Positions 19,482 to 29,580 of a stretch of 60,654 bases of DNA are shown in pieces. Source of the DNA: Flavobacteriaceae bacterium (GTDB lineage Bacteria; Bacteroidota; Bacteroidia; Flavobacteriales; Flavobacteriaceae); the NCBI GenBank assembly GCA_029939235.1, contig JAOZTG010000001.1, forward strand, positions 1 through 60,654. Direction: 5' to 3'. Below the pieces are notes generated by a model. It was not told where the DNA came from and made no database searches. It saw only the letters and a list, made by a program, of their open reading frames with translations. Position 1 is the stretch's first letter. The number at the start of each line of letters is the position of its first letter. The position numbers were made by a program, and so were the translations under genes.

Positions 19482-20346
19482 TATAAAAGATCAATTACAA
19501 CTTCATTTTATAGTATTAATATGGGGGTTTACAGCAATTTTAGTTGCTTTAATTCCTTTAAATGCAATTCCACTGGTTTGGTTTAGAGTAGGAATTGCTT
19601 CATTAACAATTTTTGTATTTGCAAAGTTTCGAAAAATTGATCTAAAAATTGATAAACTTACTTTTGTTAGGTTTTTTGTTGGAGGTGTTTTGATTGCTTT
19701 ACATTGGGCTACTTTCTTTTATGCCATTAAAGTTTCAACTATTTCCATCACGTTGGTTACTATGTCATCAAGTGCAATATTTGTTGTGTTTCTTGAACCA
19801 TTATTTTCTGATAAGAAAATAAAACTCTATGAATTATTACTGGCAAGTATTGCAATAATTGGATTTATTGTCATATTTAAAGTTGAACAGCTCTATGTAA
19901 AAGGAATTTTATCTGCATTGGCATCATCTATATTACTTGCCGTATTTTCAATTTATAATAATAGGTTAACCCGTAAGCATAAAGCGATCCATATATCATT
20001 TTATGAATTGTTATCGGCTTTTTTGTTTTTAACTGTTATGATGTTAATAAGCAATACATTTTCTCAAATAGCAATAAAGATGACCAATTACGAAATATTA
20101 TTTTTAATAATTCTATCAACGGTTGCTACTGCTTATCCTTTCGTTATTGCTACTGATCTTTTAAAAAAAATGGGTTCATTTACTCTGCTGTTAACCAATA
20201 ATTTGGAACCGGTCTATGGAATTATATTGGCTTTAATTATTTTTGGCGACAAAGAAAAAATGAGTACACAATTTTATATTGGTGCTTTTATTGTTTTTTG
20301 CAGCGTAGTGATCAATTCCGTTTTAAAAAGTAAAATTATTAAATGA
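19468..20346 (+). CDS. DMT/EamA family transporter
   Basis: About 10 TM segments, IWGFT, LEPVYGI. Confidence 0.88.
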   Translation: MQRNNIKDQLQLHFIVLIWGFTAILVALIPLNAIPLVWFRVGIASLTIFVFAKFRKIDLKIDKLTFVRFFVGGVLIALHWATFFYAIKVSTISITLVTMSSSAIFVVFLEPLFSDKKIKLYELLLASIAIIGFIVIFKVEQLYVKGILSALASSILLAVFSIYNNRLTRKHKAIHISFYELLSAFLFLTVMMLISNTFSQIAIKMTNYEILFLIILSTVATAYPFVIATDLLKKMGSFTLLLTNNLEPVYGIILALIIFGDKEKMSTQFYIGAFIVFCSVVINSVLKSKIIK

Positions 20347-20454
20347 AGGTTTAAAGAAATCAATCATAATTGGGATAAGTTTATATATTTGTAAACTTAA
20401 AATGAATTAAATCCAATATTTAAAATATTGGAACAATAATATAGCTCAATAACA

Positions 20455-21408
20455 ATGGAATATTTAGATTTTGAATTGCCGATAAAAGATTTAGAAGATC
20501 AACTGGATAAATGTGTTTTGATTGGTAAGGAAAGTGATGTAGATGTTACTGAAACCTGCGATCAAATACAAAAAAAATTAGATGCAACAAGAAAAGATGT
20601 ATTTAAAAATTTAACTGCTTGGCAAAGAGTACAGCTTTCCCGTCATCCGTCCCGACCATATACATTAGATTTTATTAATGCACTTACCAAAGGAACCTTT
20701 ATGGAACTTCATGGAGATCGTACCGTAAAAGATGATAAAGCGATGGTGGGTGGTTTAGGAAAAATTGGAGACCAGTCGTTTATGTTTATTGGTCAGCAAA
20801 AAGGATACAATACAAAAATGCGACAATACAGAAATTTCGGGATGTCAAATCCGGAAGGATATCGCAAGGCTTTGCGATTAATGAAAATGGCTGAAAAATT
20901 TGGTATTCCGGTAGTAACTTTGATTGATACTCCTGGTGCTTATCCTGGTTTGGAGGCTGAGGAAAGAGGTCAGGGAGAAGCAATTGCCCGTAATATTTTG
21001 GAAATGTCAAGATTGAAGACTCCTATTATTTCAATCATCATTGGTGAAGGAGCTTCAGGTGGAGCAGTTGGTATTGGAGTAGGAGACAAGGTTTTTATGT
21101 TAGAAAATACATGGTATACTGTTATATCACCCGAGTCTTGTTCTTCCATTTTATGGCGAAGCTGGGAGCATAAAGAAGAGGCAGCAGAAGCCTTGAAACT
21201 GACTTCAGCAGATATGAAAAGACTTAAATTAATAGATGGTATTATCAAAGAACCACTTGGAGGTGCTCACACTGATCGAGAAAAAACTTATAAATCAGTT
21301 GAACTTGCTATTGTAAAAACATATAAAGAGCTTGCTGATCTACCTGTCAAAAAACTGATAAGACAAAGAATGGATAAATACTCTAAAATGGGTGAATATA
21401 ATGGTTAA
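20455..21408 (+). CDS. accA: Acetyl-CoA carboxylase carboxyltransferase alpha
   Basis: [32 protein letters not shown]; TATATTTG box at 20384-20391. Confidence 0.98.
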   Translation: MEYLDFELPIKDLEDQLDKCVLIGKESDVDVTETCDQIQKKLDATRKDVFKNLTAWQRVQLSRHPSRPYTLDFINALTKGTFMELHGDRTVKDDKAMVGGLGKIGDQSFMFIGQQKGYNTKMRQYRNFGMSNPEGYRKALRLMKMAEKFGIPVVTLIDTPGAYPGLEAEERGQGEAIARNILEMSRLKTPIISIIIGEGASGGAVGIGVGDKVFMLENTWYTVISPESCSSILWRSWEHKEEAAEALKLTSADMKRLKLIDGIIKEPLGGAHTDREKTYKSVELAIVKTYKELADLPVKKLIRQRMDKYSKMGEYNG

Positions 21409-21440
21409 ATTCATTTAACCATAAAATATATAAAATTGAG

Positions 21441-21469
21441 AGCCTGTTTTTTTACAGGCTTTTTATTTT
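21441..21469 (+). terminator. Intrinsic terminator after accA
   Basis: AGCCTGT/ACAGGCT stem plus T-rich tail. Confidence 0.8.
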
Positions 21470-21512
21470 CATGTTTTTTCCGTAATTTTATAGGAAACAA
21501 TTCAGTGTAATC

Positions 21513-23033
21513 ATGAAAATTCTTTCTACAGATCAAATTTATCAATCAGATAATGCAACTATTCAAAATAAATCAATAACTTCTGTTGATTTAATGGAAC
21601 ATGCAGCAAACCAATGTTTTAAAATAATAAAAAAAATAGTAGGTAGTAAAAAAAAGGCAATTTATATTTTTTGTGGAATTGGTAATAATGGGGGAGATGG
21701 TCTTGTCATTGCCAGGAAATTGATCGAAGATCAATACACAGTTTCAACATACATTGTTAATTTCAGTAATAAAAGAAGTCCTGATTTTCAAGTAAATTAT
21801 AAAAGGCTGATACAATTAGGAGCCAATCCAATAGAAATAAATGGGAATTCGGCTTTTCCAATAATAAACAAGGATGAAATTGTTATCGATGCTATATTTG
21901 GAATTGGAATTAAAAGAGCTCCTCAAGGATTTGTAAAAGAAATTATTCAACATATAAATAATTGTAATTGTTTTGTGATTTCAGTTGATTTTCCTTCAGG
22001 ACTATATGCTGAAACCTCTGTAACTGACAAAGAATCTGTAATAAAATCTGACCATGTTCTTACATTTCAGAACCCAAAACTGGCATTTTTTTTACCCGAG
22101 AACAAAGATTTTTGTAAGAATTGGGAAGTTATTGATATTGGCTTAGACCAACATTTTATCAATGGATTGAATACTAATTTTGAAACGATTGACAATCGTA
22201 AAATTGAATCAATTTATAAACCAAGGGAAAAGTTTACACATAAAGGAACTTTTGGGCATAGTTTGATTATTGGTGGTAGTTATGGTAAAATAGGCGCGGT
22301 TGTTTTGGCGTCAAGATCTGCTTTAAAAATTGGAAGTGGTTTAGTAACGGCCTATATTCCTAAATGTGGTTATCAAGTCCTTCAAAGTTCCAATCCGGAA
22401 GTTATGGTGGAGGTTGATGATGAGAATTACCTTCAGTATTTTAATTATAAAACAATTTCTACAGTCATTGGTATTGGAATAGGGCTAGGTACTCACAACA
22501 AAACTAAAGATGGCTTTGCAAAGTTTTTAAAGAATAATAAACTTCCGTTGGTAATAGATGCAGATGCTTTAAATATCTTGGCTTTGCATAAAGAATTATG
22601 GACTTTGATACCTGAAAATTCGGTTTTAACACCACATCCAAAAGAATTTGAAAGGTTGGTTGGAAAATGGAAAAATGATTATGAAAAATTAGAGTTTCTT
22701 ATGGATTTTTCAGCAAGAATTAAATGTGTTGTAATTCTAAAAGGAGCTTATTCAGTAATAGCGTATCAGGAAAAGATCTTTTTTAATACAACCGGTAACC
22801 CGGCTTTAGCAACCGCTGGTAGTGGTGATGTTTTAACAGGAATAATTACAGGATTAATTGCTCAAAATTATTCATCCATCCATGCAAGTATTTTAGGAGT
22901 ATATTTACATGGGAAATCTGCAGATATAGCAATCCAGTCAAAGGAAACGATGGAAACATTTATCGCTTCAACCGGAATAGAATTCTTAAATGAAGCAATT
23001 AGATCCATTCATAGTGAAAAAATGGCATTATAA
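21513..23033 (+). CDS. nnr: Bifunctional NAD(P)H-hydrate epimerase/dehydratase
   Basis: GNNGGDG, DAIFGIG, HKGTFG, DADAL, TPHPKEF, TAGSGDVL. Confidence 0.95.
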   Translation: MKILSTDQIYQSDNATIQNKSITSVDLMEHAANQCFKIIKKIVGSKKKAIYIFCGIGNNGGDGLVIARKLIEDQYTVSTYIVNFSNKRSPDFQVNYKRLIQLGANPIEINGNSAFPIINKDEIVIDAIFGIGIKRAPQGFVKEIIQHINNCNCFVISVDFPSGLYAETSVTDKESVIKSDHVLTFQNPKLAFFLPENKDFCKNWEVIDIGLDQHFINGLNTNFETIDNRKIESIYKPREKFTHKGTFGHSLIIGGSYGKIGAVVLASRSALKIGSGLVTAYIPKCGYQVLQSSNPEVMVEVDDENYLQYFNYKTISTVIGIGIGLGTHNKTKDGFAKFLKNNKLPLVIDADALNILALHKELWTLIPENSVLTPHPKEFERLVGKWKNDYEKLEFLMDFSARIKCVVILKGAYSVIAYQEKIFFNTTGNPALATAGSGDVLTGIITGLIAQNYSSIHASILGVYLHGKSADIAIQSKETMETFIASTGIEFLNEAIRSIHSEKMAL

Positions 23034-23094
23034 TTGAGCTAATTTTTCTGATAAAATATAGTGAAAATATTTAAGTGTTTTAATATTAACTGGT

Positions 23095-23508
23095 ATGAAA
23101 TATATTTTGATATTTTTTGGGTTAGTTTTTTTTATTTATAGTTGTAATACTCCAAAAACAACCACCAATAAAGAGGAGATCGATCCGTCTGAAAAGGTAG
23201 CCGATACGATTAGAATTGTTAACGAAGAACTTGAATATGAGATTATTATAATTGATATTGGTTTTGATTCATGGCTGGTAACCCAAAAGCCAATATGGTA
23301 TTATTCAAATAGTTCTTTACAAATTAAGAATAATATTTACGTAACTGAGTGGAATATAAGAGTTAACCTGCCACACCAATATGATCCTCATTTATATGAA
23401 TTGCCAATTGATTATAGTCCACATATAGACTATGGTAAAGAAGTGAATTATAAACTGTATATGTACTTTCAATTTTTTCAACAAAAATATAAGCAAAAGT
23501 TATGGTAA
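23095..23508 (+). CDS. DUF6146-like lipoprotein
   Basis: Lipobox IYSC; EYEIIIID-GFDSWL, N--YVTEWN-RV, DYG-EVNYKLY-YF. Confidence 0.75.
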   Translation: MKYILIFFGLVFFIYSCNTPKTTTNKEEIDPSEKVADTIRIVNEELEYEIIIIDIGFDSWLVTQKPIWYYSNSSLQIKNNIYVTEWNIRVNLPHQYDPHLYELPIDYSPHIDYGKEVNYKLYMYFQFFQQKYKQKLW

Positions 23509-23612
23509 GTATTAGTTATGGCTTAGCTCAAACATCACCTGCAACAGTTTCATATAAGTGATTTGAAATAAATGTTATTTTCATTCGTTTTAGGTAGATA
23601 ATTTATTTACTT

Positions 23613-24035
23613 ATGAAAATAAAGTTCCAGTTTTTATTAGCCATTTTATTTTTTGTTGCATGTGGAAGTTTCTCTGTTTCAGCACAAGATATAAATGCTG
23701 AGAAAGTTTCGGTAAGTACTGCTAAATCTGATATTATTCAGATAACAGACAATAAACACATCGATATAGCTTTTAGAGGCGGTCGGTTTTATGATTGGTT
23801 GGCAAAGCAACCTCCAAAACACAAGTTTCTTCAAAGCAGTCTGGAAATAGAAAATCTTCAATATGTGACCGAATGGAATACCAGAGTTGGTAATTCAAAA
23901 TATGATGCAAATTTATATAAGCAACAAATTGATTATAAAATTAAACCACGACTACATTATGGTTTAGATTTAAATTATGAATTATATATGTATTTCAGGT
24001 TCTTTGAAGAAAATCATGAAAAGCTATTGCTTTAA
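23613..24035 (+). CDS. Exported paralog of the preceding DUF6146-like protein
   Basis: Signal peptide; shares F-DWL, YVTEWN-RV, LY---IDY, YG---NY-LYMYF-FF. Confidence 0.7.
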   Translation: MKIKFQFLLAILFFVACGSFSVSAQDINAEKVSVSTAKSDIIQITDNKHIDIAFRGGRFYDWLAKQPPKHKFLQSSLEIENLQYVTEWNTRVGNSKYDANLYKQQIDYKIKPRLHYGLDLNYELYMYFRFFEENHEKLLL

Positions 24036-24037
24036 CC

Positions 24038-24697
24038 TTAGGCTTTCTTTAATTCAATTAATATTGAGAATGTTTTATTAATATCTTCTTCTTTTACAAC
24101 CAAAGTAATTTCATTTGTTGTTGAAATAATTTCCTGTAAAGGAATATTTGCCCATGCCAATTGCTTTAAAATAAAATAATAAATTCCTGATTGATCTACA
24201 TTTATTTTTGGGAGTTTAATGGTTATGGAGGCTAATTTTTCAATTGAGTTGACAATTTTTTCTTTTGAAAAAAGCCTTTCAATTTCTGGTTTTAAGTTTT
24301 TGCTGATTACAATATTGGTTTCAAAAATTCCTTGAGAAACAGTAAAAAATGATTCTCGGTTATTACCGGTTTTTGAAAACAAAACAGATATCTGACTGTG
24401 TAGTGTGCTGGTATTTTTAAAAGTATAATCCAATAGATCAGAACGAACAATAAAATCGCCTAATTTCAATGAAAAGGATTTAATATTTTTTCTGATCCTT
24501 AATATATTGATAGGAGAAATTCGATTGATAGACATCATGATAGCCCCGGCTTTCACCTTTTTACCCAATATTTTTTCTACTTCAGGTTGAATTACTCTTG
24601 CAAGTGATGAAACATTAATTAATTTATCCTGCATCGCCTCTTCAATAAATGGAGTCCTGTTTATGATGGTTTCAACGGTTTCTTGTATTGTTTTCAT
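24038..24697 (-). CDS. Putative amino-acid-sensing regulator: N-terminal helical/HTH-like region plus C-terminal ACT domain
   Basis: LINVSSLAR...AIMMSINR helices; ACT-like LASITIKLP..GIYYFILKQLAWANIPLQEIISTTNEITLVV; no kinase KFGG motif. Confidence 0.7.
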   Translation of the reverse strand: MKTIQETVETIINRTPFIEEAMQDKLINVSSLARVIQPEVEKILGKKVKAGAIMMSINRISPINILRIRKNIKSFSLKLGDFIVRSDLLDYTFKNTSTLHSQISVLFSKTGNNRESFFTVSQGIFETNIVISKNLKPEIERLFSKEKIVNSIEKLASITIKLPKINVDQSGIYYFILKQLAWANIPLQEIISTTNEITLVVKEEDINKTFSILIELKKA

Positions 24698-24794
24698 TGT
24701 TAAATATTAAACATTATGTTATAAAATGTAAATATATTGTAATTAATTTTAATAAATATTAATTAATATAAATATTTGCACAAAACATGATAGA

Positions 24795-26147
24795 ATGATT
24801 GTATTAAAATTTGGAGGAACATCAGTTGGATCTGTTGAAAACATTAGAAAAGTAGCTGATATTGTGAGTAATACACGTGGAAGAAAAATAGTTGTGCTAT
24901 CTGCAATGTCAGGTGTAACGAATAGCTTACAAAAAATTATTAACCTTATTGAATTAAACAAAGCTGAAGAAGCAAAGAAAGAAATAGAAGAATTAAATAA
25001 AAAATATCAACAAACTGTATATGAGCTATTTGGTTCAGGTGGTAAATTTGATGAGGGAATTAAAGAAATGTTTCTTTTTAATGAGAAATTGATTTCGTAT
25101 TTAGATAAAAAGTATTCAGATAGGGTGGAGAAGGAGATTCTGGTTCAGGGAGAATTGGTTTCTACTTATTTGTTTCAACAACTTATGGTGGAGAATCAAG
25201 AAAATTCAACACTTATTCCTGCTTTGGATTTTATGCGAATTGATCAGTTTGGAGAGCCTAGAATGGATTATTTAAATGAAAAGTTGTCTTCTGTGATAAA
25301 TAGTCATCAAAATGATGATACATTTATAACGCAAGGATTTATTTGTGAAAATAATGACTGCGAAATTGATAATCTGAAAAGAGGAGGAAGTGATTATACT
25401 GCTTCTTTGATTGGTGCGGCACTTGAGGTTGATCAAATTCAAATTTGGACAGATATTGACGGGATGCATAATAATGACCCAAGATATGTTGATAAAACAT
25501 TTTCGATTGATGAAATTTCTTTTGATGAGGCTGCAGAGCTTGCCTATTTTGGAGCAAAGATATTACATCCACAAAGTATTATTCCTGCAAAGGAAAAAAA
25601 TATCCCCGTTTTGGTTAAAAACACTTTTAGTCCGGAGTCTCCGGGCACATTGATCCATGACAAGGCTAAAGTGATGAAAATAAGAGCTATTGCGGCAAAA
25701 GATCAAATTACTGCCATAAAAATTAAATCATACAGAATGTTAATGGCTTATGGATTTTTGATGAAAGTATTTGAAGTTTTTGAGAAGAATAAAACGGCTA
25801 TTGACATGATCACAACATCAGAAGTCGCAGTTTCTTTGACAATAGACAATACAGCAAAGTTGAATGAAATAATAGCTGAATTACAAAGTTTTGGAAATAT
25901 TGAAGTAGAGTCTGATCTGAGTATTATATGTATTGCAGGAGATTTGGCTCAAAATAAAAAGGGGGTTACTTCCGCTATTTTTAATTGTATTGATGAAATT
26001 CCTATAAGAATGATCTCTTATGGCGGTAGTAATTATAACCTGTCATTTTTAGTAAAGACAACCGATAAAATACCTGTTTTGAATTTACTGAATGATGGAT
26101 TATTTTCTAACCTAAAGGAGGTAGAAAGTAAGAATATATTGGTATAA
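24795..26147 (+). CDS. lysC: Aspartate kinase (monofunctional)
   Basis: VLKFGGTSV, VLSAMSGVT, RGGSDYTA, WTDIDG, ELAYFGAKILHP, two ACT domains. Confidence 0.95.
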   Translation: MIVLKFGGTSVGSVENIRKVADIVSNTRGRKIVVLSAMSGVTNSLQKIINLIELNKAEEAKKEIEELNKKYQQTVYELFGSGGKFDEGIKEMFLFNEKLISYLDKKYSDRVEKEILVQGELVSTYLFQQLMVENQENSTLIPALDFMRIDQFGEPRMDYLNEKLSSVINSHQNDDTFITQGFICENNDCEIDNLKRGGSDYTASLIGAALEVDQIQIWTDIDGMHNNDPRYVDKTFSIDEISFDEAAELAYFGAKILHPQSIIPAKEKNIPVLVKNTFSPESPGTLIHDKAKVMKIRAIAAKDQITAIKIKSYRMLMAYGFLMKVFEVFEKNKTAIDMITTSEVAVSLTIDNTAKLNEIIAELQSFGNIEVESDLSIICIAGDLAQNKKGVTSAIFNCIDEIPIRMISYGGSNYNLSFLVKTTDKIPVLNLLNDGLFSNLKEVESKNILV

Positions 26148-26177
26148 AAAACACATCCGTTGAGTAATCAACGGATG
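26146..26177 (-). terminator. Terminator between convergent lysC and the DUF3276 gene
   Basis: 10-bp stem CATCCGTTGA/TCAACGGATG with an A-run on the left side. Confidence 0.75.
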
Positions 26178-26186
26178 ATGGTATTA

Positions 26187-26567
26187 TTAGATATCTTCAA
26201 AACTAATATCGGTAAAGCTTTCTGTTGTCTTATTTTCAACATCAACTCCATTAGTTTCTTCTGTTTGTTTATGATAATCTTTTTGGTGGCGTTCACTTAT
26301 CACCTCATCACCTTTTTCATTAACAATAAATTCGGTTGCTCTGTTTAGACTTTCAGTAAACTCAGTAAAATCTTCTTTATACAAGTAAATTTTGTGTTTT
26401 TTATAATGAAATGATCCATCTTCATGTGTAAATTTTTTACTCTCAGTAATTGTAAGGTAATAATCACCAGCCTTAGTTTCTCTTACATCAAAAAAATAGG
26501 TTCTTCTTCCCGCTCTTAAAACTTGAGAAAATATTTCATCCTGTTCAATAAACCCTTTTTCATTCAT
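26187..26567 (-). CDS. DUF3276 / PUR-family nucleic-acid-binding protein
   Basis: RAGRRTYFFDV, YLTITESKK, KHKIYLYKEDF; TAGATTTG box at 26602-26609. Confidence 0.9.
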   Translation of the reverse strand: MNEKGFIEQDEIFSQVLRAGRRTYFFDVRETKAGDYYLTITESKKFTHEDGSFHYKKHKIYLYKEDFTEFTESLNRATEFIVNEKGDEVISERHQKDYHKQTEETNGVDVENKTTESFTDISFEDI

Positions 26568-26658
26568 ATTATTAATTTTTTTATTTTGAATAATTTACTG
26601 ACAAATCTATAAAATTATATGAGGTGTGCAACAATTTTTTGATTTGATTTTATTTATT

Positions 26659-28425
26659 TTATTCATTACTTATTAACTTTTCTTCAAGTTGCTGGTTATA
26701 AATATCTTTGTAATATCCTACCATAGAAATAAGCTCATCGTGTGTGCCTGATTGTACTATTATTCCTTTATCTAAAACAATTATTTTATCAGCATTCTTT
26801 ACAGATGAAGTTCGGTGACTTATGATAATAGTTGTTTTATCTTTGCTAGCCTCTTTCAGGTTATTTAAAATGATTTCTTCTGTATGTGTATCAACTGCAG
26901 ATAAGCAATCATCAAATATTAATATTTCAGGATCAGAGATCAAAGCACGGGAAATGGATACTCTTTGTTTTTGTCCGCCTGATAAAGTTACACCTCTTTC
27001 ACCTACCAGAGTTTCATATTTAAGATTGAATTTTTCAATATTATGATGAATGTATGCTGTTTTTGCAACCTGTATAATTTTTTTGTCACTTGCATTTTCA
27101 TCACCAATTAATATATTGTTTTTGATCGTATCAGAAAATAGAAAGGCATCCTGAGGGACAAATCCGATACTACTTCTTAAAGATCTCAAATTTAAGGATT
27201 GGATTGGTTTATTATCAATTAAAACTGCTCCTTCATCCACATCATTCAGTCTGGCTATTAATCCGGCAATAGTTGATTTCCCTGAACCTGTTTTACCAAG
27301 AATAGCCAGCGTTTCTCCTTTATCAATATGAAACGATACATTTTTTAATGCGGTAATATTTGTATCTTCATAAGTAAAGGTCACATTGTTGAATTTGATG
27401 TCACCATTAATTAAAGATTCTTTCTTTTGTTGATTTTGGATACTTGGTTCTTCTTTTAAAAATTCATTTATTCTGCCTTGCGAAACTTCTGCCTGTTGCA
27501 CTATAGAAGTAACCCAGCCAACTACAGCAACAGGCCATGTGAGCATGTTAATGTATATAATAAATTCAGCTATAATACCAATGTTTTTGATTTCACCATT
27601 GATATATTGCATTCCACCAAAATATATTACAAGAATATTGCTAATTCCGATAAGTAAGATCATCAATGGGAAAAAGAGTGCCTGAGCTTTATATAATGAA
27701 ATATTTTTTTCTTTACTTTTAATCGACAAAGAATCAAAATTATTATTTGTCTGTTCTTCTATGCTATAGGCTTTTATAATATTAATTCCTGAAAATATTT
27801 CCTGAGAAAATGTCGTTAGTTTCGAAAGGTAAAGTTGAACGATAGAACTCCTTTTATTAATAGTCCTACTTAACAAATAAATTGCCACTGATAGTATTGG
27901 AAGTGGGAGCAAAGTATACATGGTGAGTTTTGCATCAATATTGATCATTTTTGTAATCGCAACAATAAACAATACCAGCATGTTCATGGTATACATTATC
28001 GCAGGACCAAAATACATTCTTACTTTACCTACATCTTCACTTATTCTGTTCATTAAATCACCTGTCCTGTTCTTTTTATAAAAATTTAAGGACAGGTTTT
28101 CATATTGAAGGAAGATCTCGTTTTTAAGATCAAATTCAATCAATCTTGACATTACGATCAAGGTTTGTCTCATCAAAAAAGTAAATAATCCGGCAATTAA
28201 TGCAGCTCCAATAATGTATAAAATATTTACAATTAATTGTGATTTGACAATACTTATATCGGTGATGATGTTATTATTATAGTCCTCCACAACATTTAAT
28301 GATTCACGAATGAGTTGTGGAATTTGAAGGGCAAAAATTTTGGCAACAATTGTAATTAATATTCCAACAATTAAACGAAATTTATATTTATAGAAAAATT
28401 TATTTATGTATTTTAATTCTTTCAT
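26659..28425 (-). CDS. ABC exporter, fused permease/ATPase
   Basis: N-terminal TMD, GKTGSGKS, LSGGQKQR, IFDDCLSAVD. Confidence 0.95.
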   Translation of the reverse strand: MKELKYINKFFYKYKFRLIVGILITIVAKIFALQIPQLIRESLNVVEDYNNNIITDISIVKSQLIVNILYIIGAALIAGLFTFLMRQTLIVMSRLIEFDLKNEIFLQYENLSLNFYKKNRTGDLMNRISEDVGKVRMYFGPAIMYTMNMLVLFIVAITKMINIDAKLTMYTLLPLPILSVAIYLLSRTINKRSSIVQLYLSKLTTFSQEIFSGINIIKAYSIEEQTNNNFDSLSIKSKEKNISLYKAQALFFPLMILLIGISNILVIYFGGMQYINGEIKNIGIIAEFIIYINMLTWPVAVVGWVTSIVQQAEVSQGRINEFLKEEPSIQNQQKKESLINGDIKFNNVTFTYEDTNITALKNVSFHIDKGETLAILGKTGSGKSTIAGLIARLNDVDEGAVLIDNKPIQSLNLRSLRSSIGFVPQDAFLFSDTIKNNILIGDENASDKKIIQVAKTAYIHHNIEKFNLKYETLVGERGVTLSGGQKQRVSISRALISDPEILIFDDCLSAVDTHTEEIILNNLKEASKDKTTIIISHRTSSVKNADKIIVLDKGIIVQSGTHDELISMVGYYKDIYNQQLEEKLISNE

Positions 28426-28605
28426 ACATCATTTAATTGTTGTGTTGGCGAAGATACACAATTATAAAACTCAAAATTATTCCTTTTTGAATATGATGAT
28501 TTAACGATAAATTTAGATTTAATAAAGTGGATTTTAAAAAAATACTGTAATTTTGCGCTTTGTTTAAAACAGAAATAAATTTGACAACCTACGATCTTTT
28601 TAATT

Positions 28606-29544
28606 ATGGTGAATAGAAGACATATTCGAATAAAAGTCATGCAGTCTGTATATGCAGTATTACAGTCAAAAAGTGATAATTTGGTAAAAGAAGAGAAATA
28701 TTTAAAATTCAGTATTCAAAAGGCTACTGATTTATATGTTTTGCAACTCTTGTTATTAGTTGAGGTGAAGAACCTTGCTTTAGAACATCTTGAAATTAAA
28801 AAGAAAAATTTCCTGGCTACCAGCGACGATAAAGACCCAAATTTAAAATTTGTAAATAATTCAGTTATTGCTGCTATTGAGAATAGTGAAAGCATTAAAG
28901 ATTATGCAATAAAGTATAATTTGAAAAATTGGAAAAATGACAGGGAATATGTGAGGGTTATTTGGGATGCGATTCAGGAAAGTGATGATTATAAAAACTA
29001 TTTAAGTACAAGGGAGTATTCATTTAATGAGGATAAATCATTTATAGTGAGCCTGTTTAAGTCAATAATTGCTCCTAATGAAAAATTATATGATTATTAT
29101 GAAAGCATTAATTTAGGTTGGGTGGATGATTATCCGTTAGTAAACACTTTGATTTTAAAGTCGATCAAACAGCTAAAAAGTAGTAAAACCCTTGAGCTAA
29201 AAGGTTTAGAAATAAAAGAAGACGATCAAGAATTTTTGATTGATCTGTTTAGAAAAACAATTCTTCATCAGGCAGAATATACAGATGATATTGACGATAA
29301 AACACCAAATTGGGATACAGATAGAATTGCCGAAATTGATTTGATCTTGATAAAAATGGCAATAACCGAATTTTTGTATTTCCCATCGATTCCAACGAAA
29401 GTAACTATTAATGAGTATATTGAAATTGCAAAAGATTATTCTACTGCAAAAAGCAGTTATTTTATCAACGGAGTTTTAGATAAAATTTTAAAAGATTATA
29501 AAAAATCAGAACGATTGAATAAAATTGGTAGAGGATTGTTGTAA
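28606..29544 (+). CDS. nusB: Transcription antitermination factor NusB (long Bacteroidota form)
   Basis: MVNRRHIRIKVMQ, NWDTDRIA, INEYIEIAKDYS, FINGVLD; TAATTTTG box at 28548-28555. Confidence 0.95.
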   Translation: MVNRRHIRIKVMQSVYAVLQSKSDNLVKEEKYLKFSIQKATDLYVLQLLLLVEVKNLALEHLEIKKKNFLATSDDKDPNLKFVNNSVIAAIENSESIKDYAIKYNLKNWKNDREYVRVIWDAIQESDDYKNYLSTREYSFNEDKSFIVSLFKSIIAPNEKLYDYYESINLGWVDDYPLVNTLILKSIKQLKSSKTLELKGLEIKEDDQEFLIDLFRKTILHQAEYTDDIDDKTPNWDTDRIAEIDLILIKMAITEFLYFPSIPTKVTINEYIEIAKDYSTAKSSYFINGVLDKILKDYKKSERLNKIGRGLL

Positions 29545-29580
29545 AAAAGTATATTTTTGCATGATAAAAAAGAGGAAAAA

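Noticed and set aside
24038-24697. Calling this gene a second aspartate kinase or a kinase pseudogene
   Set aside because: No amino-acid kinase domain motifs; intact ORF with a distinct N-terminus
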